IMG/VR virus record: IMGVR_UViG_3300021968_000007 | Location: 1-28,394 of that record | Reading direction: 5' to 3' (one strand) | DNA from: a virus | Taxonomy: Duplodnaviria > Caudoviricetes | DNA length: 28,394 bases | Shown here: positions 6,000-13,413 of the stretch, in pieces | Position numbering within the stretch: the first letter of the stretch is position 1 | Layout of the letters: every line of letters begins with the position of its first letter | Notes under the pieces: generated by a model | Database searches by the model: none | Seen by the model: only the letters and a program-made list of their open reading frames with translations | Told to the model about the DNA's origin: nothing | Made by a program: the position numbers and the translations under genes

Positions 6000-6199
6000 T
6001 TTCTTTTTTATAAAAAAAAGTCTGAGAATGGTCAAAAAAATCATCGTTTCGGAGATCCCTTAAAAGGGGGGCATGGGGTCATTTGTGGATTCCGGTACCC
6101 CACAACTGTGTGAGTTATGTTTTCAGTTCTAGGGTAAAAGGCGTAAAGCGTCGTCCAAAGCGTTGGTGCGACCTGTGCAATCATGTCTTGTTGGTGCGA

Positions 6200-6367
6200 T
6201 TAGAGATTCGTGCCGTAGCTTCTTGGGGATTGCTGGATATCGTAGAGCCTTCGGTAGTTAACGGCGAGGTACCTGAAGGCATCGGCGATGTGGACTGCCC
6301 AGTTGTCGAGTGGCTTCTTGGAGAAAGCAGCCCTTTCCTCGTCGTAGGATCGCTGGTACTCTCTCAA
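6200..6367 (-). pseudogene. 3' end (55 codons plus stop) of the terminase large subunit gene, inverted relative to terL
   Basis: Reads LREYQRSYDEERAAFSKKPLDNWAVHIADAFRYLAVNYRRLYDIQQSPRSYGTNL*; its first part is identical to the terL sequence at the window end; includes the HxADAFRY nuclease-domain motif. Confidence 0.9.
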
Positions 6368-6369
6368 CG
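6294..6369 (-). repeat. Exact 76-bp inverted repeat of 28319..28394
   Basis: Reverse complement is CGTTGAGAGAGTACCAGCGATCC...GACAACTGGGCAGT, identical to the last 76 nt of the window. Confidence 0.97.
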
Positions 6370-6387
6370 TAAATTTAAGGTGAAATT

Positions 6388-6537
6388 ATGCGAAAAAAAC
6401 AAACTGATTTCGTAAAGAAGATGAATAAGCTTAAGGCTTTATTGCAGCCTAAATTATTATGGATATCCAAACATCCTAAGACGGGTGAAGGATTAACGTA
6501 CGTGCGCAAAGTACATGGGGAATTAAGACATGTCTGA
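6388..6537 (+). CDS. Small basic hypothetical protein (49 aa)
   Basis: MRKKQTDFVKKMNKLKALLQPKLLWISKHPKTGEGLTYVRKVHGELRHV; AAGGTG RBS at 6377-6382; overlaps the next gene. Confidence 0.55.
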   Translation: MRKKQTDFVKKMNKLKALLQPKLLWISKHPKTGEGLTYVRKVHGELRHV

Positions 6538-6748
6538 AACAAGAGTCATCATGACACAGCAAGAATTAGATAGAAGAATCGATGCGATTAAGGTGTGCGG
6601 GACTAATCGAGGCCCTCATGATTACATACCGATCTCATGGTTTAGCGATGCTAAAACTGAGAAGGTAGACTTTCTCATGTGTCGAGTATGCCTTAATCGA
6701 GTGAGCATGAAAACGATATATGATCATTTCGGCGAAGTTAAAGTCTAA
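6530..6748 (+). CDS. Hypothetical protein, possible Zn-binding (C...H...CxxC)
   Basis: ORF track; GGGGA RBS. Confidence 0.65.
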   Translation: MSETRVIMTQQELDRRIDAIKVCGTNRGPHDYIPISWFSDAKTEKVDFLMCRVCLNRVSMKTIYDHFGEVKV

Positions 6749-7221
6749 GGGATATTACTCTTAAACCTATGGTAATTACCTATTGCATTATTCCAATCAG
6801 CCTTTCCAGCTAGGGTATTGTAGTATGTTTTATAGTATTTCCATATAGCATCGGTATCAGTATACTTGGGTAATGGCTCAGGAATACGAGCATAGAAGAC
6901 TCTAGTCATAGCTGTGGCAAATCTTAAATCATAGACTAGACGATCTTCATTAGGCATATAAGAAGCATCAAAGTTCTGAATAAACTTTAAATAAAGAGAA
7001 CCTTTTTTAGCAATATAATTCTGCCAGAGATCGTTATACGTTTTCGGTTCCATTTGATAGATACCTAAAGCTGGGCCTTGAATTTGATGTAGATAGGTGC
7101 CACCTAGTGATTCATTAGCACAAGTGAATACCATTAACTCAACTGCATCATCCGATAGTAACTGCAAATCATATAGAGCACGCTTTATAATAAACTCAGT
7201 TAACTGACCACAATTCAGCAT
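6745..7221 (-). CDS. Lysozyme-fold / lytic transglycosylase-like protein (putative endolysin)
   Basis: TCANESLGG (catalytic ES), GPALGIYQMEPKTY, and YYKTYYNT motifs typical of a phage lysozyme-like family. Confidence 0.7.
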   Translation of the reverse strand: MLNCGQLTEFIIKRALYDLQLLSDDAVELMVFTCANESLGGTYLHQIQGPALGIYQMEPKTYNDLWQNYIAKKGSLYLKFIQNFDASYMPNEDRLVYDLRFATAMTRVFYARIPEPLPKYTDTDAIWKYYKTYYNTLAGKADWNNAIGNYHRFKSNIP

Positions 7222-7283
7222 GTCTTTTTATTCCCCATGAAATAGACTACAATTAGATCAATTTTATCAGGATAGATAACCTT

Positions 7284-7892
7284 ATGAAAGTTGATGCGAA
7301 AGCTTTATACGAGAAATTGAAAGCTGGCGGCACAAAATATGATGAAGAAATACATTGCGAATTGCTATTAAAGATAATGGCAGATGTCGAGAAAAGCAGA
7401 TTAAGTGCTTTTTGTGTAGAAGTAGGAATTGGTGAAAGTACATTTTATGATTGGGTCAAAAGATATCCTATATTTGCTTTGTCTTATGCATTAGGTAAAG
7501 CTTTATCCCGTGAGAATTGGGAAGAAGAAGGTAGAAGACTTAAAGATAAAATCATGATGCCTGGAACAACTGGATATTCATTTGAATATTGGCGTATGGT
7601 TGGATGGTCAAGATTTGGCATTGGTAAGACTTGTAAAATCAAATTAGATTTAGACCCACAAGGCAAACCAACAGATCATTACTCTCAATTAATCAAACAA
7701 GCTAATAATGGTGAATTCACTGCTAGTGAAATTAAGCAGCTGATGGAAGCACTAAGTCTTGGTTTGAAAACACAGCAAACAGTCGATATGCAAAAAGAAA
7801 TTGATGATCTAAAAGCCGATCTAATTACAATGGCTGAGAATAGCAATGGCAACAATAGTTTCGCAGATAAAAGAGCTAAGAAAAAAGATTAG
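7284..7892 (+). CDS. Putative terminase small subunit (HTH DNA-packaging protein)
   Basis: TKYDEEIHCELL...SAFCVEVGIGESTFYDWVKRYPIFA...WEEEG resembles the TerS N-terminal HTH; lies upstream of the portal. Confidence 0.65.
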   Translation: MKVDAKALYEKLKAGGTKYDEEIHCELLLKIMADVEKSRLSAFCVEVGIGESTFYDWVKRYPIFALSYALGKALSRENWEEEGRRLKDKIMMPGTTGYSFEYWRMVGWSRFGIGKTCKIKLDLDPQGKPTDHYSQLIKQANNGEFTASEIKQLMEALSLGLKTQQTVDMQKEIDDLKADLITMAENSNGNNSFADKRAKKKD

Positions 7893-7980
7893 AATTCCCT
7901 GGCGTATCGTTTATGTTGATAGGAAAATAGAGTCAGATGAATTCGCTGAAAAAACCATTTATGTTCATATATGGATTTAA
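7846..7980 (+). CDS. Hypothetical microprotein (44 aa)
   Basis: MATIVSQIKELRKKIRIPWRIVYVDRKIESDEFAEKTIYVHIWI; fills the gap between terS and 7993. Confidence 0.5.
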   Translation: MATIVSQIKELRKKIRIPWRIVYVDRKIESDEFAEKTIYVHIWI

Positions 7981-7992
7981 GGAGTAAAGAGT

Positions 7993-8244
7993 ATGGGAAA
8001 AACTATGCTGGATGATCTTATTCAAGGAGCTGTGGGTGAAGCAGCTAAAATTATAGAAATAAATGCAGAGAAACAAAAGATTATTGATGCGGAAAAAGTT
8101 CAGAAAAAACGTATTCAACAAAAACAAATACGTGCATTAAGAAATAACTATAGACCAGCCGGTGGTTTTCTTAGTCAAGGTACTGGACGTGGTGTAACTT
8201 TAGGAGAATCTTCAGGATTACCAAATAAATTAGGAACTGCATAA
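7993..8244 (+). CDS. Small virion-associated protein preceding the portal
   Basis: AAGGAG RBS; basic middle and ...KLG C-terminus typical of pre-portal proteins of podoviruses; TAATG coupling. Confidence 0.7.
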   Translation: MGKTMLDDLIQGAVGEAAKIIEINAEKQKIIDAEKVQKKRIQQKQIRALRNNYRPAGGFLSQGTGRGVTLGESSGLPNKLGTA

Positions 8245-9884
8245 TGGATACATCGCAAGGACTTGGAAGACCTGGTACTGGTGATTCTTTAATAGAAGTG
8301 CTGAGAAAAAGGTACAACTCTGCAAAGTATGTGGCAGATCTTTGGATTCCTGCGATGCAAGCTTCATTCTTTTATGCAATCCCATTTAGAAATAGATTCT
8401 ATCTGCCTGGTAAAGAATTTCAGGGCACCATGCAGAATACCCGAGTCTATGATACGACCGCCGTAGAAGGGGTTAAAACATTTGTGTCTAAGATTCACGA
8501 CACAATGACACCCCCACAAACTCAATGGGGTTTCCTAGAAATTGACCGAGATATGGTTGATGATGAAGAAGAGAGAATAGATGAATTAAATACTGCGCAA
8601 TTGATTTTGAATAAGTATATGAGACAGTTATTTGGCTACATTCATAAATCTAATTTCGATACGGTAATTAATGAATGTTACTATGATCTTTCCGTTGGTA
8701 CGTCTGCATTAGTTATTAATTTCTATACTGACGATGAACCATTTCTATGTACTAGTATTCCATGTGATAAATTAGCAATTACAGAGGCAGTTAATGGAAA
8801 GATTGAATCTTGGTTTCGTACTTGGCAAAACTTAAGAATCGCTGAACTTAATACTCGATGGCCCAATATAATTCTCACACCTGATTTATTAGCTATGATG
8901 ATGAGTGATGCTGATGCGAAGGTTGCAAATATTTATGAAGGCGTAGCTTATTTTCCCAATGAACCAAAGATATATTGCTATGCAGTCTGGTATGATAATT
9001 CTATTCTATATCACGAATGGTTAGATTCAAGCCCAGGTATTGTATGGCGATGGCAAAAAACGAATAATGAGACATGGGGTCGGGGCCCTGTAATGGAAGC
9101 ATTGCCTTCTATTATCACGTTAAATGAATTAGCACGTGTAGAACTTGCTTCAGCAAACTTAAATGTATTTAGACCATTTATGGGTTTTAGCGATGCAGTA
9201 TTTAACCCGCATACGTTCAGACTTGAACCATTTACAATTATACCTATTGCACCTATTGGTGTGGGTGGTCAGCCACCGTTGTTACCATTACCTAATACGG
9301 CTGATCCTAACTTCGCTCAATTAACAATGACTGATTTAAGGTTACAGATTAAATCGTTATTATTTGCTGAATCACCACAAGATGCGCCAGGTATTCAACC
9401 TCAGACAGCATATGAATTATCTTTGAAACAACAAAATCTAGCACAGAAAATTGGCCCGTTATTCTCACGCTTACAATATGAGTTCTTATGGCCTGTTATA
9501 CAAAGATTTGCCTATATTTTAGAAAAAATGGGTAAATTACCTTATCCCAAGCTAGAAGGAATACCGATTAAATTTAAATATACCTCACCACTTGCATTAG
9601 TACGAGGTCAATCAGATAACGCTCGCTTTGTTCAATTAGTTCAAACAATGCAAGGCGTGATGGGTGCAGATGCAACACAACTTTATATTAATCCTAAAAC
9701 AACTCCTTATCTACTTGCACAGAATCTACAAATCGATAGTCGGTTCTTTAATACTCCTGAACAAGTTCAAGACATTTTACAACAAGCTCAGAATATGCAA
9801 AATATGCAGCAACTCGCTAATGCAGATGCTATGACACCTGAACAACCTGAAAATCCCTCACAACAAATTGTATCCAATGAATAA
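8244..9884 (+). CDS. Head-to-tail connector (portal protein), T7 gp8-like
   Basis: 546 aa; YDTTA, SNFDTVINECYYDLSVGTSAL, RWQKTNNETWGRGPVMEALP, TAYEL, YTSPLA motifs. Confidence 0.93.
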   Translation: MDTSQGLGRPGTGDSLIEVLRKRYNSAKYVADLWIPAMQASFFYAIPFRNRFYLPGKEFQGTMQNTRVYDTTAVEGVKTFVSKIHDTMTPPQTQWGFLEIDRDMVDDEEERIDELNTAQLILNKYMRQLFGYIHKSNFDTVINECYYDLSVGTSALVINFYTDDEPFLCTSIPCDKLAITEAVNGKIESWFRTWQNLRIAELNTRWPNIILTPDLLAMMMSDADAKVANIYEGVAYFPNEPKIYCYAVWYDNSILYHEWLDSSPGIVWRWQKTNNETWGRGPVMEALPSIITLNELARVELASANLNVFRPFMGFSDAVFNPHTFRLEPFTIIPIAPIGVGGQPPLLPLPNTADPNFAQLTMTDLRLQIKSLLFAESPQDAPGIQPQTAYELSLKQQNLAQKIGPLFSRLQYEFLWPVIQRFAYILEKMGKLPYPKLEGIPIKFKYTSPLALVRGQSDNARFVQLVQTMQGVMGADATQLYINPKTTPYLLAQNLQIDSRFFNTPEQVQDILQQAQNMQNMQQLANADAMTPEQPENPSQQIVSNE

Positions 9885-9893
9885 GGTTAATGC

Positions 9894-10211
9894 ATGGAAT
9901 TAGAAAACAATCCGTTTTTAAAACAAGAAAATTTTTATGAAGGTTATCAACAAAGTATTGAAGAATTAAAAAACCATCCTGAATTAATCATGTTTGATAA
10001 GTTAACATACGAAACATTTAATACAGATGTAGGAAAGAAATGGTTTGAGATGGTGGTTGAAAGATTTCTAATACCGAGTCTCGTTAATCGTGAAGCTCCG
10101 AATTATCCTGATTTAGTGATCTGGGCTGATGGATTTAAAGATTTCCCTCGAATGATTAAACAAAATATTCTTTCTCATGAACAAAGGATCCAAGCGGGGA
10201 AAAATAAATGA
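9894..10211 (+). CDS. Hypothetical protein between portal and scaffold (Bbp19-like position)
   Basis: TFNTDVGKKWFE motif and conserved gene position. Confidence 0.65.
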   Translation: MELENNPFLKQENFYEGYQQSIEELKNHPELIMFDKLTYETFNTDVGKKWFEMVVERFLIPSLVNREAPNYPDLVIWADGFKDFPRMIKQNILSHEQRIQAGKNK

Positions 10212-10882
10212 GTGATAATTTAATGCATGCTGTTGTAGGTGAATCCTCTTCAGAAGAAACTCAAATTTCGAATGATCGTCCTACTTGGTTACCTGAAAAG
10301 TTTAAATCAGGCGAAGACCTTGCTAAAAGTTATAGTGAATTAGAAAAGAAGATTGGAATTATTCCTGATGAATATGATCTCTCAAATTCTATGTTCCTTG
10401 ATGCTGAACGTGAACCGATTAAAGATTTCTTAAGTGTTGCAAAAGAGAAACGTGTTCCAAAAGAAGTGGTAGATAAACTCGTTGAATCAATGGATAAGTA
10501 CCTAGGCGAATTTGATGTTGATATGAATGTCGAAGTCGCGAAGTTAGGTGATAATGCAAAATCACGACTCACTACATTAGACAATTGGGCTAAGGCTAAT
10601 CTTTCAGCTGGTTCATATAAAGCATTAATTAATAATTTACAATCAGCCGATGCGATCCATGCGTTGGAAGAACTAAGGGGTAAGATGATGAGTGGGCAAA
10701 CTATGATTCCAGGTGGTAATGACAGTGCAAGTTCAAGTATTGAAACTATTCAACAAATCAAACAAGAGATTGTAGATAATTATGCCAAATATAAAACTGA
10801 TGAAAAATATCGCAAAGAAGTTGAAGGTCGTTTAACACTTGTTGCAAAAGCATCAGGAATGATTGACAAAGTCGGCTCATAA
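10208..10882 (+). CDS. Capsid assembly scaffolding protein
   Basis: RPTWLPEKFKSGEDLAKSYSELEKKIG and Y..DEKYRKEVE motifs of T7 gp9-like scaffolds. Confidence 0.85.
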   Translation: MSDNLMHAVVGESSSEETQISNDRPTWLPEKFKSGEDLAKSYSELEKKIGIIPDEYDLSNSMFLDAEREPIKDFLSVAKEKRVPKEVVDKLVESMDKYLGEFDVDMNVEVAKLGDNAKSRLTTLDNWAKANLSAGSYKALINNLQSADAIHALEELRGKMMSGQTMIPGGNDSASSSIETIQQIKQEIVDNYAKYKTDEKYRKEVEGRLTLVAKASGMIDKVGS

Positions 10883-10893
10883 TCTGTTATAAT
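10863..10893 (+). promoter_or_regulatory. Putative promoter for the capsid/tail operon
   Basis: TTGACA 10863-10868 and extended -10 TGnTATAAT 10885-10893 (19-nt spacer). Confidence 0.5.
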
Positions 10894-11043
10894 TTTATCC
10901 AAGTCTGGTTGAATATGACTATTCAGCCAGGTTTAGGACAACTTAACACCCAGACCTCTTTTGAGATAATCTCTAAAGTGGAAAGCCCTAAATAATTTTT
11001 AGTCAAAGTGTCTTACTTGATTAATTTTAGAAGGGGCATAGCC

Positions 11044-11874
11044 ATGTCAGCAAGTTTAACAGCGGTACAACAGATAGAATTTGATGCACTCGTCAAAGCT
11101 GAATATCAATCTTTGGGCTTTTTATTGCGTGATACTGTTCGTGTACGTCGCGATGTTATTGGCGCTACTGTATCATTTCGCAAAGTAGGCCAAGTACAAG
11201 CCGTTCCAACCGGTTATTTACAAACCGTAGTAATTCAAGATCCAAATTACACCCAAGTCCAAGCGATTATGCAGAAATATACTGCACCAACCGCTGTGGA
11301 TACCGTTCAAGAATTGACAGTTAATTTTGATGCTAAGATGGAAAATGCCATGTTAGTAGCAAATGCGTTAGGCCGTCGTTCAGATCAAATCATTATTAAC
11401 TCATTAGATGTATCGCCAGGCCAAACCATTGTTAATGGTGGCACCAACTTCACTTATGCAAAATACACACAAGTGATCGAATTTTTTGATGAAAATGCAG
11501 TTCCATTACCCGAAAGATTTGTAGCAATGTCAGGTAGTAACTTCAGATCATTACTTTCAGCCGATCAATTCATTTCAACCTTTTATACTCAAAATAGAGT
11601 ATTAGACAAAGGGTTTATTCGTGAATTCTTAGGCATTAACTTAATTATTATTCCAAACATGGTAGAAGGCGGCTTACCTTTAGCAGGTAATATCCGTACA
11701 GCATTTGCATGGCATAAGCAATCTACTGGTATGGGTATTGGGCATGATTTCAGAACTGAAATTAACTATTTGCCACGTGAAACTTCATGGTTAGTAAATG
11801 GTATCTTCTCAGCTGGTGCAATCACAATTGATAACTTAGGTGTTATCGCAATTGATTCTGATGAAAGTGTATAA
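11044..11874 (+). CDS. Major capsid protein
   Basis: ATG 11044 with AGGGG RBS; EFDALVKAEYQ...LRDTVRVR, ANALGRRSDQIII, AFAWHKQSTGMG, TEINYLPRETSWLVN...AGAITIDNLGV; follows the scaffold. Confidence 0.92.
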   Translation: MSASLTAVQQIEFDALVKAEYQSLGFLLRDTVRVRRDVIGATVSFRKVGQVQAVPTGYLQTVVIQDPNYTQVQAIMQKYTAPTAVDTVQELTVNFDAKMENAMLVANALGRRSDQIIINSLDVSPGQTIVNGGTNFTYAKYTQVIEFFDENAVPLPERFVAMSGSNFRSLLSADQFISTFYTQNRVLDKGFIREFLGINLIIIPNMVEGGLPLAGNIRTAFAWHKQSTGMGIGHDFRTEINYLPRETSWLVNGIFSAGAITIDNLGVIAIDSDESV

Positions 11875-11905
11875 TTAATCTAACTAAATATTGGAGTTTA
11901 CGACT

Positions 11906-12781
11906 ATGGCTTTTACAGATATTAATTTCACTTGCATATCTTCATCTTTGAATGAAGGTCAACTAACTATCACACCTTTCGGTGGCTCACCTACTTTATA
12001 TAATGCGCCAAATGTTTTTATGTATGGTACTGGGACTGATGCTGTTGCAACAATTGCAGCTGCTGACTATTTCTTATCAAAGAACTCAGTTTTAAAAGTT
12101 GGTGATTGGATTTTTGGTAATGGTAGTGATGCTAGTTTTGCGTTTGTTGTTACAGCGGTCAGTGCTGTCACAGTAACTGTAGCTGCAACTGGTTTAACAG
12201 GAACTGTCAATACAGCTGACATTGCTAATAATGCAGTTACCTTTGCGAAGATGCAGGAAATTGCAACTCATACTATATTAGCTAATCCAACTGGTGGAAC
12301 CACTGAAGTATCTGAAGTTACTTTAGGTAATGGCTTAGCATTCAGCGGAACCACATTAACAGTACCAATAACCAATTTACAGTATGCAGCTGTTGCGATT
12401 ACTGCTGCTCAGTTCAACGGTATGTATGCTGCACCTAAATTATTAGTAGCTAATGCTGGTGCTAATACATTACTGGTACTCGACAAAGTAGACTTACTGA
12501 TGACATTTGTATCTGCTGCTTATGCTGCGGGTGGTGTCGCTGCTGTTCAGTATGATTCAACTGCAAACGGTGCCGGTGTAATTGCTTCCACTACCTTATC
12601 AGCTGCGACTTTCCAAGCTGGTGTGAGCACAGGGTTTATGTTTAATACTGGTGTGGTTCCTCAGACCTTCTCTACTTGTGTTAATAAAGGTCTGTACTTG
12701 TCGAACATCACAGGTGCGTTCACAACTGGGGACAGCACATTTGTGGCTCATGTTTGGTATAAGACTATACCAACCGTTTAA
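11906..12781 (+). CDS. Virion structural protein (capsid decoration/fibre candidate)
   Basis: ATG 11906 with GGAG RBS; immediately after MCP; TDAVATIAAADYF...LKVGDWI N-domain, TADIANNAVTFAKM fibre-like repeat, beta-rich C-domain. Confidence 0.7.
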   Translation: MAFTDINFTCISSSLNEGQLTITPFGGSPTLYNAPNVFMYGTGTDAVATIAAADYFLSKNSVLKVGDWIFGNGSDASFAFVVTAVSAVTVTVAATGLTGTVNTADIANNAVTFAKMQEIATHTILANPTGGTTEVSEVTLGNGLAFSGTTLTVPITNLQYAAVAITAAQFNGMYAAPKLLVANAGANTLLVLDKVDLLMTFVSAAYAAGGVAAVQYDSTANGAGVIASTTLSAATFQAGVSTGFMFNTGVVPQTFSTCVNKGLYLSNITGAFTTGDSTFVAHVWYKTIPTV

Positions 12782-12803
12782 TGGAATAGATGAGGTAATT
12801 TAA

Positions 12804-13409
12804 ATGGCTGTGACTAAGACCGAGATTGTCTCCTTAGCAGTAATGTTGCTTGGTCACAAACCTATTATTACTCTCGACAACGCCGATGACCTGGTTATTT
12901 CTGCTTCACAGATGTTTGATGTTCTTTTGCCAAGCGTATTAAGCACAGGTAATTGGCGTTTTTCCATGCAAATTTCACAATTAAGTTTGTCTCCTATTGT
13001 TCCACCGACTCAAACAGGTTGGACGAGTGTTTATTATCTTCCATCAGGGTTTCTTAAAAATATCAGAATCATTCCACAGAATTATGTTTATGAAATCTAT
13101 CAAGGTAATTTGATCTATACTAATTGGGGAACACAATCGCCTATCTATATGGAATATGCATTTTTACCCGATGTAAGCTTTTTACCAGGATATTTCATTA
13201 ATTATTTCATTTATGAAATTGCAGCAACACTTGCATTATCTAACGCTCAAAAACCAGATTACTACAATGTGCTTGAAGCAAAGCGTATTACTCAGTTAGC
13301 AATAGCTGCCGCCACTGATGCACAGAATAGACCGCAATTTAGTCAAGTTAATATTCCAATGCTATCAAGACGTAATATCACCGGTATCATCGGCCCACAA
13401 ATAGGTTAA
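12804..13409 (+). CDS. Tail tubular protein A (adaptor, T7 gp11-like)
   Basis: EIVSLAVMLLGHKPIITL...WRFS...YYLPSGFLK...YEI pattern; GAGGT RBS; gene order. Confidence 0.85.
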   Translation: MAVTKTEIVSLAVMLLGHKPIITLDNADDLVISASQMFDVLLPSVLSTGNWRFSMQISQLSLSPIVPPTQTGWTSVYYLPSGFLKNIRIIPQNYVYEIYQGNLIYTNWGTQSPIYMEYAFLPDVSFLPGYFINYFIYEIAATLALSNAQKPDYYNVLEAKRITQLAIAAATDAQNRPQFSQVNIPMLSRRNITGIIGPQIG

Positions 13410-13413
13410 TGAA

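Noticed and set aside
6294-6369. Diversity-generating retroelement template/variable repeat pair with the terL end
   Set aside because: Copies are identical with no adenine-specific mismatches, and no reverse transcriptase is present
6083-6415. 110-aa plus-strand ORF
   Set aside because: Antisense to the terL 3' copy and crosses the 6369/6370 junction; no recognisable motif
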